DNA of 64,000 nt from Scenedesmus sp. PABB004 (taxonomy: Eukaryota), in the NCBI GenBank assembly GCA_014905635.1, contig JABVCE010000002.1, positions 1,426,001-1,490,000 on the forward strand, written 5' to 3'. Both the position numbers and the translations under genes were made by a program. Numbering within the stretch: the first letter of the stretch is position 1; each line of letters begins with the position of its first letter. Shown piece after piece: positions 11,407 through 23,624 of the stretch. A model generated the notes under the pieces. That model worked only from the letters and a program-made list of their open reading frames with translations, was not told the DNA's origin and did not search any database.

Positions 11407-12950
11407 TCACTGCCCCGCGCCCGCGGCCGCCGCCGCTGCCTGCTCCCGCCGCGCCGCCGCCTGCGCGCGCAGCGCCGCCGCCTGTTCGGGCGTGTAGGGG
11501 CGCCGCAGCTTGCGCGCGCTCGCGGTCTGCAGCAGCCCGTCCGGCAGGTCCAGCGCGAGCGTGCCGCGCCGCACGTCGACGCGCGGGACCATCGCCTCCA
11601 CAAACGGCACCAGCACGGTGCGGTAGCGCGACGCCGCGACGTCGGCCTCGTCGGGCGCGAGGCGCAGGCGCAGCAGGCTGTACGACGCGGCGCTGTCGTA
11701 GACCTCCGTCACGAGGCCCAGCAGCACGCCGCTGCCCGCGTCGAGGCCGCGCAGGCCGACCAGGTCAGTCACGAAAAACTCGTCGCCCGAGCGCGGCGAC
11801 GCCTCGCGGTCGCACAGCGCCAGCAGCAGCTTGTGCCCCGCGAGCGTCTCCGCCTGCAACGCCCGGCGCGCCACGCGGCGCGGGCGGCGGCGTCGGCGAG
11901 CGGGCGACCCGCGCCAGGAGGCGTGGAGGTGGCATGGCACGGCGGCCGCGCCATGCCACCACCCGGCCGCGCGCCGCGCCGCACACCTTGTCCCGGTCGG
12001 GCACCTCCTGGAACTTGACCGCCCACTCGCCGCGCCGGTCCTTGGACGGGGGCCGCGCGACGCGGCCCCACTGCACTACCACGCGCCGCAGCGCCTGCTC
12101 GCGCCCGCCGGCCGCGCCGGGCGCGGCGCTGCCGCCGCCGCGCCCCGCGGGCGCCTGCAGCCACAGCCTGCGGGCGGGGGCGGCCGCGTCGGCGGCGCGC
12201 CGCCGACGCCGCCCGCGCCGTCCGCGCCCGCCCCGCCCCCCCCGCCGCCGGCGCGCAGCGCCCCCCGTGCGCGCGCCTGCGGCCCGGGGCGCCGAGGCGC
12301 TTCTTGGGCTCGTCCGTGATGAGCTGCACCTTGACCTCGCCCTTGATGCCGTGCGCGCGGGAGATGAGGCCGACCTCCACAAAGTCATCCTGCCCAGGCG
12401 CACAGGCGGCGGCTCAGCATGCATGCGATGCAGGGAGCCCATCGCCTGCCCCCGCCGCTGCTGCCCCCGCCGCCGCCGGCGCACTCACCGGCGTGAACTC
12501 CACGGTCGTGGCGCTGCCGGGGATCTGGCGCGCGCGCGGCGGGGCTGGCGGCGCGTCGCCCTCGCCCTCGTCGTCCTCGCCGCCCTCGTCGAGCTCCTCC
12601 TCGCCCTCCTCCAGCTCCTCCAGCTCGTCCTCGCCCTCCCCCCACTCCTCCTCATCCCACTCGCCCTCCTCGTCGCCCTCCCCCGCCGGCGCGGGCTGCC
12701 GCTGCGGCGCCGCCGCCGCGGAGACAGCGCCGCCGAGCCGCCGCCGCCCATGGCGGCGCGCGCAGGGCGCCGGCGGCTGCGGCGTTGCAGCTCGGCAGCA
12801 GCAGTTGCTGCTGGGGCCCGGCTGCGATAGGTGCCGCGGCGCCACGGGCGCGGGGCGGCCGGGGAGCGGGCGGGGTGCTGCTGCTGCGCACCAGGGCGCC
12901 GCCGCGGCCCCGGCGCATCGCCGCAGCGGGCCTCGCACTGCCGACCGCAT
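11407..12950 (-). CDS. rimM: Plastid-targeted ribosome maturation factor RimM
   Basis: VGLISRAHGIKGEVKV, VKFQEVPDRDKAETLAG, DEFFVTDLVGL, VLVPFVEAMVPRVD, preceded by an Arg/Ala-rich transit peptide and an acidic stretch. Confidence 0.9.
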
Positions 12951-13472
12951 CACAGAGCCGCCTTCGGCGCTCGAACGGGGGCGCTGGCGCAGCGAGCGCG
13001 CTGGGGGCGGGTGGCTCGCAGCGGCGCGTGGCCGGCAGCGGCTGCGGCTCCACACAGGATCACCGTGAATGCCAAGCGCGCTCGCACGTGGCGAGGCCAG
13101 GCCCGGCGCGTCGCCTGTCAAGTGACAGACGCGGCCTCCCCGCGTCCCGACTTCCCCGCTCGCCAGGGGGGGCCGGACGGCCCCCAGCTCGCGCCAGCAG
13201 CTCGCGGTCAGCTCACCCGGCACGCACGCGCCACGTCGCGGCAGCCCTGCGCTCGCCGCCGGCAGCTGCTCTACGGCGCCGCTGGCCGCAGCCCCCGCCG
13301 CGGTGCACCGGCCCCGCGAGGTCTCGGCGCGTCGTTAGTCGGCCGGCCGGGTGCGACGGGCAGCTCGTGGCGCAGCGCACCCCCTCCCCGGCCGCGGGTC
13401 GCGCGCCAGAGCAGGCGCCCACGCGCCGCGTTCGACCGCCGCCCGCCCGCGAGCGCAGGCGCGGCGCCAGCA

Positions 13473-15131
13473 ATGGAGCGGCGGCGGCGGCGTGGCGGCG
13501 GCGGCGCGGTGGTGCTGCTGGCACTCGCGGCGGCGGCGGCGGCGGCGGCCGTCGCGCCCGCGGCCGGCGCGGCGCCGGGCGGCGGCGGCGCGGCGCACGC
13601 CATCGCGGCGCCGCCGTCGGTGCCCGCGCGCTACTGCCCCGACGGCGGGCAGCTCGAGGCGGGCCTCTGCTACGCGCGCTGCCGCCCCGGCTGGCGCGGC
13701 CTGGGCTGCTCCTGCTTCAGGGGCGCGCGCTCGTACAGCCGCGGCTGCGGGTCGCGGCCGCGCATGTGCCACGCGCGCAGCTACCGCCGCGCGGCGCTGC
13801 CGCCCGCGCCCGGCGGCGGCGACGCGTTCAGCCTGGTGCTGTCGGCGGACCCGCAGCTCTACCGCGTCGTGAACGACTTCAAGGACGTCCCGCTCGCGGG
13901 GCGCTACAACGCCGACCTCGTGCGCAGCATCAACCGCGCGGCCGACCTCGCCGCGTGGCCCTGGCAGGCCGGCGGCGGCGCGGTCACGCCCCCGCGCGCG
14001 CTCGTGGTGCTCGGCGACCTCACCGAGTACTATCGCGAGGACGAGGTCGACGCCTTCCGCGCGCTCTACGACCCCGCCTTCCCGCGCGCCCCCGGCGACG
14101 CGCTGCCCGGCGACGGCGGCGGCGGCGGCGGGCTGCCCGGCAACGCGAGCGGCGGCAGCGAGGTCGTGGGCTTGCCGACGTGGCTGATGCACGGGAACCA
14201 CGACATCGAGATCAACGTCAACGACTGCGCCCGGCGCTACCGGGGCATGGGGCCCAACGTGTGCGCGCTCAACGCGGCCGACACGATGCGCGCGGTGCTC
14301 ACGCCCGGGTGCGACGACACGACCTGGGCGGGCTTCCCGCGCCGCAACGTGACGAGCTTTGACGCCGGCAGCATGGCGTACGCGTTTGACGTCGACGACT
14401 GGCATTTTGTCGTGCTGCAGTACAGCCCCCGGTGCGCGCGCGGCGGCAGCTGCGGCGCGCGCCGGGCAGCCCGGGCAGCCCGGGCAGCACGCGCGCGCGC
14501 CCGCTCACCCTCCCTCGCCGCCTCCCACCCTCTCTCCCGCCCCCTGCCGCTTGCTCTCCCCGTCCCGCTCGCCGCTCGCGCCGCGCGCCGCAGGTTTGTC
14601 GAGTCGTCGCTGTCGATCGCCTCCTCGCTCTCCTGGCTCGCGGCGGAGCTGAGCGCCGCGACGGCGCAGCAGCGGCGCATCGTGCTGCTGCTGCACGCGC
14701 ACCGCGAGCTCGGGCTCGCGGCCGACCCGACCTTTGCGCGCCTGCTGAGCGCGAGCAACGTGGTCGCGATCTTCTACGGCCACGTGCACATCAAGCCTTG
14801 GGGCCTGACCGGGAACTACCCAAACACCAACGTCCCCATGTTCAACTGCGGGGCGAGCTGGTACCATGTCTACTGCTACGCCGAGTTTGGGCGCGACACC
14901 CTGCGCGTCGGCGCGGTCGTGCACAACGCGAGCGCCGGCAGCGCCGCGCCCGCGTGGGCGGGCTCGAGCGTGCACGCGCTGCTGCGCCAGCAGCGCGCCA
15001 AGCCCGTGCTGCGGCAGTTCACGATGAACCCGCCCGCCGCCGTGTCGGGCGGCGGGCGCGCGGCGCGAGGGCGGCCTGCGCGCGCCGCCGCCGCGCTCGC
15101 GGCCGCCGCGCTCGCGCTGCTGGCGCTGTGA
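13473..15131 (+). CDS. Secreted or GPI/TM-anchored calcineurin-like metallophosphoesterase with an N-terminal Cys-rich module
   Basis: Signal peptide; five MPP motifs (ADPQ, GDLTE, GNHD, LLHAH, GHVH); hydrophobic C-terminus; one in-frame intron at about 14432-14593. Confidence 0.85.
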   Translation: MERRRRRGGGGAVVLLALAAAAAAAAVAPAAGAAPGGGGAAHAIAAPPSVPARYCPDGGQLEAGLCYARCRPGWRGLGCSCFRGARSYSRGCGSRPRMCHARSYRRAALPPAPGGGDAFSLVLSADPQLYRVVNDFKDVPLAGRYNADLVRSINRAADLAAWPWQAGGGAVTPPRALVVLGDLTEYYREDEVDAFRALYDPAFPRAPGDALPGDGGGGGGLPGNASGGSEVVGLPTWLMHGNHDIEINVNDCARRYRGMGPNVCALNAADTMRAVLTPGCDDTTWAGFPRRNVTSFDAGSMAYAFDVDDWHFVVLQYSPRCARGGSCGARRAARAARAARARARSPSLAASHPLSRPLPLALPVPLAARAARRRFVESSLSIASSLSWLAAELSAATAQQRRIVLLLHAHRELGLAADPTFARLLSASNVVAIFYGHVHIKPWGLTGNYPNTNVPMFNCGASWYHVYCYAEFGRDTLRVGAVVHNASAGSAAPAWAGSSVHALLRQQRAKPVLRQFTMNPPAAVSGGGRAARGRPARAAAALAAAALALLAL

Positions 15132-15464
15132 GGGACGGCAGCATTGCTTTGTGAATAGCATTCGTCATGCGCGGCCCAGCCGCGCCACCATTGATGATGT
15201 GCTGGTCGAGAGGTGACCCGGTCAACGTCGGGCCCACACCGCCCCCGCCGCGCCCCGGGCACGACCGCCCGCCACAGGCAGCCGGCGGCGCTCCTGCCCC
15301 GCCTGCGCGGCCGGCCGCCCAGCCGCTTTTGCCGCCGCCGCTGCGCCCCGCCGTCACACGCGGTGGGCGGCGCCGGGGCCCCGCACCGCCAGGGCACCGG
15401 CCGAACGCAGCCCGCCACACCGCGCCCCCACCGGCCAGCAGGCGGCGCCACCGCGGCATCGCGA

Positions 15465-18400
15465 ATGGCCGACGACGACGGCGGCGGCGGCCTTGCGCTC
15501 AACGTCGCCTTCGAGACCGACGCGCCGGCGCCCAAGGCTCACGTGGACTGGCGCGAGCGCAAGCGGCAGGTGCGGCGGGCTGCCAGCCGCGGCGCCGAGC
15601 GCTGCGGGCCCGCCGCCCGCCGCTGCTGCCGCCGCCGCCGCCGCCGCCGCGCCCACGCCCGCCGCCGCCGCCGCCGCGCCCACGCCCGCCGCGCCCCGGC
15701 CGCAGGCGCGCGAGCGGGCGGAGAAGAAGCGACAGCGCTTCCGGGCGCGCGCGACTGGCCGGGCGCCGGGGGCCGACGGCGCGCCCCGGCCAGCCGGCGG
15801 CGGTGGCGGCGGCGGCGGCAGCGCGCCGCGGCAGCATGGCGCGCGGCCGCCGGCGGGCGCGCGCGGCGCCGGCGCGGCGCTGCCCCGCGCCAAGGTGGAC
15901 TCCCTGCACGGCTACGGCGCGGCGCTGAGCGGGCAGCAGCCGCAGCAGCGGCCGGCGCCGGCGCCGGCAGCAGCCGCCAGGGCTGGCCAGCCGGCGGCGG
16001 CCAAGTCGTCGGCGGCCCGGGGTGCGTCAGCAGCCGCAGCCGGCGGCAAGCGGGCGGCTGATGCCGCGCCGGCGCTGCGGCCAGCCAAGAAGCGGCCGGC
16101 CGCCGTCGACCCGGACGGTGAGCAGCTCGGCCGCGGCTGGCGCTCGCCGCCCGCGGCCCGCCCGCCAGCCCGCGCGGCTGCGGCGCCCACCCGCGACGCC
16201 CCCGCGCCGCCGCGCCGCCGAGCCGCAGCCGCGGTCGCGGCCGCCGAGTCGCTGGCGCCGGAGGAGGAGGTGGACGTGATGGCCCTGGTCGCGCTGAACC
16301 TCAGCCACGAGGCGGAGCTGCAGGAGGAGGCGGCGCGCGCGGCCGGCGGCGGCAGGGCGGCGCGGGGGCAGCAGGAGCAGGCGCGCGCCGGCCGCGGGGC
16401 TGGGCGGCAGCGCCGGCGGGCGCGCGGCGCGGCCGAGCCTGACGCCGCGCACGGTGTCGCCGCCGCAGGTGCTGCCCGGCGTGGTCGAGTTTGGTGACGC
16501 GCCGGACGAGCCCGACGCGGCGCAGCTGGCACGCAGGGCGGCGAAGCAGCAGCAGCAGCAGCAGCAGCACGGCGGCGGCAAGAAGCCCGGCAAGCGCCAG
16601 CAGGAGCAGCAGGCGCAGCAGCAGCGCGCGAAGCAGCGCCCGCTGGCGCAGCACCGGGTCGGCGAGATGGCGCACGCCGAGCCCAACGTGCCCGCGGAGC
16701 AGCGGCAGCAGATGTTTGGCGCCGCCGCCGCCGCCGGCGACGGCGACGGCGGCTGGGGCGGGCTTGGCCTTGCGCCGGCGCTGGCGGACCACCTGGTGGC
16801 GCTCAACTTCCAGGAGCCCACGCAGGTGCGCGGCGGGCGCACCTGTGCGCGCCTGGCCCCCTCGCGGCTCCCACGCCCGGCGCCGCATGGCGGCAGTCGC
16901 GCGGCGTGCGCCGCCGGCGGCCCCACGCCGCCGCGCCGCGCCGCACGCGCAGGTCCAGCAGGCGGCCATCCCCGTGCTGCTGTCGGGGCGCGACGCGCTG
17001 GTGCGCTCGCCCACGGGGTCTGGCAAGACCCTCGCATACCTGGCGCCCATTGTTCAGGCGCTGGCGGTGCGCGGCCGCGCGGGCGGCGGCGCCGTGGGGC
17101 TGCGCCGTGGGCCGCCCGCGCGCGCGCGCGCGCGCGCCGCCGACGCGCCGCCCCGGCTCTCGCCCGCAGGCGCGCGAGCCGCGCATCAGCCGCACAGACG
17201 GCACGCACGCGCTGGTGCTGGTGCCGACGCGCGAGCTGGCGGTGCAGGTGCGCCCGCGCGTCGGCGCCCGCGCGCCGCCGCCGCCGCCGCCGCCGCGGCC
17301 GCGGGGCTGCGCCGACGCGCGCGCCGCCCCTGCCCCGCGCGGCGCCGCAGGTGAGTGACGTGCTGACCGCGCTCGTGCGGCGGTTCTGCTGGCTCGTGCC
17401 CGGCATGCTCATCGGCGGGGAGCACCGGGGGCACGAGAAGGCGCGCCTGCGCAAGGGCGTCAGCCTGCTGGTCGCCACGCCGGGGCGGCTGCTGGACCAC
17501 CTGCAGGTGCGGCGACGCGGCCGCGGGGGACGCGCGCCGCGCTCGCGCGCACGCGCGCGCGCTGGCGTCGGCAGCCCGGCTGGCGCAGGGGCGCGCGCGA
17601 CCCGCCCCGCCACCGCCGCGTGCGCCGTGTGCGCCGCGTGCGTCAGAACACGACGTCGTTCCGCACCGACCGCCTCGCCTGGCTGGTGCTCGACGAGGCC
17701 GACCGCCTGCTGGACCTGGGGTTTGAGGCCAAGCTGCGGGAGATCGTCGCCGCGCTCGGCACGCGCGCGGCCGACCCCGACAACACGCACGCGCCGGCCG
17801 CCGCGCCGCCGCGCTGCACCGTGCTCACGAGCGCGACGCTGCACCCCGGGCTCGCCGCGCTCGCGGGGCTGAGCATGCGCGACCCCGTGGGCGTGGGCTT
17901 TGCGGCGCGGGTCGTGGGCGGCGCACTGCAGCTCGACGACGCCGGCGACGGCGCGGCCGGCGCGGCGCCGCCGCCGCGCGGCGTGGGCGAGGCCGCCGCG
18001 GCGGGCGGGCAGGCGCCGGGCGGCGGCAGGTTTGAGCTGCCGCAGCAGCTGCAGCAGCAGTTTGTCGAGGTGCCCGCCAAGATGCGCCTGGTCGTGCTGA
18101 TCGGTGGGCGCCGCCGCCGCCGCGCAGAGGCGCGGCGCGGCCGGCAGCGCCCGCCCCGCCCCGCCGCGCTGCGGTGCCCAACGCGCTCGCCGCCCCGCCG
18201 CGCAGGCGTGCTGCTCAGCAGGCTGCGGCGCAGCCGGGCCGCCAAGGTCGTCGTCTTCTTCTCAAACTGCGACTCGGTGGACTTTCACGCCGCGCTGCTG
18301 CAGCGCGGCGCGGCGCCCGGCGGCGACGACGCCGGCGGCGACGACGCGCCGCCGCCGCTGCTGGGCGGCTGCCCCGTGCTGAAGCTGCATGGCGACATGC

Positions 18401-19270
18401 GCCAGCCGGAGCGCACCAGCGCGCTGGTCACCTTCTCAAAGGTGCGACGTCATGGATGCTCAGTGGGGCCGGCAGCGCTCCGCGCTGCGCGGGCGCGGGC
18501 CCCCGGCCCCCCCCCCCCCCCCCCCCGCCCGCCGCCCACGCCGCCCGCCGCGCCCGCCGCGCGCGCGCGCCTGCCGGCCGCGCCAGGCGTCCAGCTGCGT
18601 GCTGTGCTGCACCGACGTCGCGGCGCGGGGGCTCGACTTCCCCGGCGTCACGACCATCGTGCAGTACGACCCAGCTGGCGACCCCGCGGAGTATGTTCAC
18701 CGCGTCGGCCGCACCGCGCGCATGGGGCAGCGCGGCGAGGCGCTGCTGTTCCTGCTGCCCTCGGAGGCGCCCTACGCGCCGCTGCTCGCGGACGCCGGCG
18801 TCGCGCTCACGCGCGCGGCGCCGGGCGCGATGCTGGGCTGCCTGCCGCCGCCGCCGGGCGGCGGCGCCGGCGGCCGGCGGCCGGGCCGCGGCGGCCCGCA
18901 CGGCGACGAGGGCCTCGGCGGCGCGGCGCCTGAGGGCGTCGCGGCGGCGCTCGCGCTGCAGCGGCGGCTCGTCCACGCCGTTGCGGCCGACGCGGAGCTG
19001 GGCGCGCTCGCGCTCGCGGCGTTCCGCTCGTTTGTGCGCGCGTACGCGACGCACCCGGCGGCGCTGAAGCACGTCTTCCACGTGAAGAGCCTGCACCTCG
19101 GCCACCTCGCGGCCGCGTTTGGCCTGCGCGAGGCGCCCGCCAAGATCGGCGCGCGCGGCGCCGTCGCGGAGCGCAAGAAGCGCAAGGCCGAGGGGCAGCG
19201 CGCGGCGGAGCGCAAGCAGAAGGCCGCGTGGCACCGCACCGCCAAGGCGGCGGCTGCGGGCGGGCTGTGA
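15465..19270 (+). CDS. DDX31: DEAD-box RNA helicase, DDX31/DBP7/RH17-like
   Basis: Q motif [58 protein letters not shown], plus a C-terminal [12 protein letters not shown]...[16 protein letters not shown] extension typical of Dbp7. Confidence 0.9.
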
Positions 19271-19669
19271 CGCGCGCGCGCGTGGTGGCTGCTGGTCAGG
19301 GCGAGTGTGTGCCCCCGCTGGGGCCGCGCTCACGCGGGCTGGCAGCTGCCGGCTCGGCGGCGGCGGCCGCGCCGCTCAGCGCCAGGCTGCGCGGCGGCAG
19401 CCCAGCCGCCAAGCCAGCCGCGCGGCGGTCGCGCCAGCTCGGGCTGAGGTCGGCAGGGCCTGTGTGAGACCGTGTCTCACATCGCGTGATCCAGGGCAGC
19501 TGGCGGGCGCCCGCTTGTCAGTGTCACCGCCCGCCCACCTCGCCCCCACACCACATGCACCCGCGCGCCGCCCCGCCCGGCCACTCACCACCCCACCCTG
19601 CTCGTCGCTGTCTCTCTGAGCAGCTCCCCACACCGCCAGCCGGCCTCGCCACAGCCAATTTTGCCGAAC

Positions 19670-21154
19670 ATGGCCCGCCTCGTGCTCCTGCTCGCCCTGG
19701 TGGCGCTGGCCACGCCGGTGCTGAGCCAGAGGGACTGCGTGCCCGCCTGCAGGAACGGCGGCGTGTGCACGGCGGTGAGTGCCTGCTTTGCCCGCGCTCG
19801 TTGGCGGGCCGCGCCGCCGCCTGGGCGCGCTGCGCGGCGCCGGCGCGGCCGTTCTGGCATGCGGCAGAAAACGGGGACCCGCTGGAGCGGCGCCGCGGCG
19901 CCGGGACGCCGTGGCACCCGGCGCGAGTGCAAGCGGGGCTGCGGACATTGCCCAGCAGTGCGCCGCGCTCGCGCGCCCGCCGCTCGGGCGGCGGGTCGCG
20001 ATGGACGCTGCGTGATGTTTCCTCTGTTTCGACCCGGCCAGCGCAGCCCGCGGGCCGCCGGCCAGCGACACACCCGGCGGCGCCGCTGCTCCGCGGTGGT
20101 TGGCGGCCGCGCCGCACCCACGCGCGCCGCCCGCCCGCCGCGCCGCCGCCCCCAGATCGAGGGCCTCGCGGACGAGTTCTTCTGCAAGTGCCCGGCCGGC
20201 TTCATGGGCGCCGACTGCACGGCCGTCTACCAGGAGTGCCAGAAGGGCCTCGTCTGCTACAACGGCGGCCAGTGCACCGCCGGCGACCAGCCCGGCTCCG
20301 AGACCTGCGCCTGCCCTGGTGAGCGCGCGCGCCGCCCGCGCGTGAGCGGGGGCGGGCGCCGCCGCGCGCGCGCGCGCGCGCCGGCGCCCGTGCGCCGCGC
20401 GCCGCCCACGCGCGCCGGCCCGCGCCGCCGCAGCCAAGTGGACGGGCGCGACGTGCAAGGTGCCGGTTGAGACGTGCTCCAACAAGACCGACTCCCTGGC
20501 CTGCATGAACGGCGGCGCCTGCATGCTCGACACCGAGTCCAACGAGCACTACTGCAAGTGCGTGGCCCCACCTCTCGCGCGCACGCGCGCGTCCGCGCGC
20601 ACCGCCCCTGCGCCTGCCGCCTGCGCACGCCGCCCGCGCGCCCGCCGCTGAGCGCTGCGCGTCGCCGCAGGTGCCCGCCCAACGTGCGCGGCCGGCACTG
20701 CCAGTTTGGCGTCAAGGAGTGCAAGGACGGCATGTACTGCATGAACGACGGCTCGTGCTCCAACGACGGCATGTCCTGCGTCTGCCCCTCCGGCTTCTTC
20801 GGCCTGCACTGCCAGAACAACAAGCGGTGCGCGCACGGGGGCGCAGACGCGCGCCGCGCGCCGCCGCGCCCGGCTGCAGCTGCGTGGCAGCTGGCGGCGC
20901 CGCAGACGCAGGCGCGGCGCCCCGCGCTCACGCGCGCGCGCGCCGCCGCCGCCGCCTCCTCCCGCAGCGACCCCAACGCCGACCGCATCGCGACCGGCAA
21001 GCTGCCCGGCTGGGCGATTGCGCTCATCGTCATCGGCGCGGTGCTGACCGTCGCGGGTGCGGCCACGATCGGCTTCCTGGTCCACCGCGAGCGCAAGGGC
21101 TCCCCCTACTTCAAGCAGTGGCAGAACGACGTCGGCGGCGTGTCCCACATCTAA
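19670..21154 (+). CDS. Type-I membrane protein with four EGF-like repeats
   Basis: Signal peptide MARLVLLLALVALATPVLS; four C-x-N-G/D-G-x-C...C-x-C-P...G-x-x-C repeats; TM WAIALIVIGAVLTVAGAATIGFLV; tail HRERKGSPYFKQW...SHI; stop TAA. Confidence 0.85.
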
Positions 21155-22212
21155 GCGCCCGCGGCGCGGCGCCCGCGCCGCAGCCGCCGCAGCTGCTGCG
21201 GCGCGACGCACGGCGGCGGCACCGAGGGACGAGGGCGGGGCGCGGTGCGATTTGATTGCCAGCCCCCCAGCGCGAACGCAACGCGGCGGCGTGTGCCCGC
21301 GCGCGGCCGGCGCGGCCTTGCAGCCTGGCCGCCGGCGCCAGAGCAAGCCCCGCCGGCCGCGGCGCACACGAGGGGCGCGACGGGGCGTGCTGAGAAGCAC
21401 TACTGAGATGCTTTGGGGCGGCGGCGGCGGCGGCGGTGTGTGTGTCTATACGCTCGCAGCTACGCACGCGCACGCGCGTCTGGCGGGCCTGGCCCGGCTG
21501 CTCCGGCGGCCGCCCGCCCGCCTGGCGAGCGTGCGCGTCAGACCACGCAATATCCCACGTACATACGCGCCACTCATTTCATCAAAACACCCACAGCTAC
21601 TTTGACCGCATGCCTGTTCCAACGCGCGCACACGCACGCCGCGCCCACTGCGGCGTGCTGTGTGCCGTGATTGGCCGGCGGCCCTGCCACGCGGCTGGCC
21701 TGCTTGCTGCTACCGCAAACCATGCACCGGCGCCCTTGCCCACGACGCCGAAGCAGGCCCTGAGATGGGCGCCCAGGGCCTGCTGCATACCACCGCTCCA
21801 CGGTCTTGCGAGCAGCAGCAGCAGCAGCATGCGGCGGCGAGGCCGCGGCGGCGCAGCGGGGAGGACAGGAACTGCGGCTGCTCGCTTGGCGCAATAACGG
21901 CGACGACGGCACAGTGAACGGCTGGGGCTGCAGCTGCGCGCGCTGCGCCGCCTGGCGGCTGGCCAGGCGCGCGCGCCGCGGCCGAGACGGCGGGCGCGGA
22001 GTAACGGCCTTGACGGCGCTCGATCCGTGGAGGTCCGTCCGTCACCCGAGCCTGCCGCGCCCAGCCCAGGCTGAGCCACCCCCTCCCTCTCCCCGGAACC
22101 GCGCTCAGCCGCCGCTGCCCGCACGCCGCTGCAGCCTCGCCGCCGCCGCCGCTGGCGCGTCGCGCCTTTGGGCGCGCGCCGCTGCGCCGGCGCGCCGGCT
22201 GCTCGCGGTCGC

Positions 22213-22413
22213 TCACAGCAGCTTCTTTCTCTGGAAGAACTTTTTGAGGTAGACTAGCTGGAAGCCCGCCGACGCGACGCACACGGCGAGGGAGAAGATG
22301 CTGAACCACGCGACGCGCGCGTTGGTCTCCTCTGCGGCGGCCGCCCGCGGCGTCGGCGCGTGCCCGTCAGCCCGCGCCCCCGGCGGCGCACGTGCCTCAA
22401 GCCCCGGCCGCCG

Positions 22414-22511
<98 letters not shown>

Positions 22512-23325
22512 GCGCACCGTTGAGGTCGCGCATCTCCTGCTCGCGCTGCTGCAGCTGCAGCATCTCGGCGTAGATCTCCCGGATCGCGCCCTCGACCTTG
22601 CGCATCTCCACGCTCAGCTGGTCGAGGTGCTCCTTCTTCGCGATCGTGTCCCAGTCAGTCGCCGCCACGCCCGTGCGCAGGTCGACCGAGAGCTTGGTGT
22701 GGTACGCCGTCTCCAGGTCTGCGCCGCGCCGCGCGCCGCGCCGCGCGCCGCTGGGCCGCGGGCCCGCGCGTCCGGGCGCGCGCGCGGACGCCGCGCCGCG
22801 CGCGCACGGCCGCCACGCCCGATCGCCGGCGCCGCCGCCGCCGCGCACCGTGGGTGGTGAAGCAGGCCTGGTACTCGCCCGCGGTCTTGGTCGTGAACGC
22901 AAACTGGCCCTGCGTCTGCGCCGCGTTCTCGTGCACCGCCGCGCCGCTCGGGTCGGTCACCTGCGGCGCGCGCGGGCGGCGCCGGGCGCGTCAGTCGCCA
23001 CGCCCTCGCCGCGGGGCGCGGCTGCGCGGCGCCGTGCAGGGCAGCCGCGCCGCGGCGGCGCCGCGCGGGCCGCAACCGCCGCTGCTCGCGGCGCGGCGGG
23101 GCGCGCCTTGACGTTCACGTAGATGGGCAGCGTCGGGTTGTCGCGGTTGGCCGCCTTGTAGTCGCCCACGACGATCACGTTGGCGTTGAGCTCCTCAAAT
23201 ATGCACTTTGTCTGCGACTGCATCTCGAAGTCCATCCCCGCGCCCCGCCGCGCGCCCGCCGCGAGCAGGCAGACCGCCAGCAGCACGTGCACGGCGCCAG
23301 GGTGGCCTGGGCGCCGGAGGGCCAT
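22213..23325 (-). CDS. TMED10: p24/emp24 GOLD-domain cargo receptor, delta subfamily
   Basis: Signal peptide, KCIFEEL, GQFAFTTKTAGEYQACF, REQEMRDLNEETNARVAWFS, C-terminal YLKKFFQRKKLL (FF and dilysine motifs). Confidence 0.93.
22415..22514. repeat. Compound microsatellite: poly-C, (CA)~33, (CG)~9 within a p24 intron
   Basis: Read directly: C-run 22415-22430, CA repeat 22431-22496, CG repeat 22497-22514. Confidence 0.95.
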
Positions 23326-23624
23326 GCTGCACGCCCGCGCCGCGCCCGGCGTGGGGCGAGCTGCCTGTGATTGCTGCTGCCGCCGCGCCCGCCGCGAGCG
23401 CTGGTCGTGCTGCGGGCGGGCGAGACGTGCTGGGTGCGGGCCGCAGCTCTGCCTCGCCGAGGGCGGGCGGAGTAGGGTGGGCGGAGACACCAGGCCGCCA
23501 GGGCTCGGCCGCCGCTGCGCCCCGGCGGTTGGCGGCACCGCGGCGCGGGCCGCGCGGACGTCACATCGCCGACGGCGGCCGATCGGTGCTGGGGTTTTGG
23601 TGGCAGACGGCAGTTGCCGCCGCC

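Noticed and set aside
21538..21584. Minus-strand TGATGA...CTGA pair suggesting a C/D snoRNA
   Set aside because: The boxes span only about 47 nt, with no terminal stem or recognisable guide; more likely AT-richer 3' UTR sequence.
21154..22213. Hidden gene in the roughly 1-kb gaps (also 47468-48534 and 59213-60103)
   Set aside because: I found no consistent coding-like codon pattern or splice structure; they are best read as UTR and promoter sequence.
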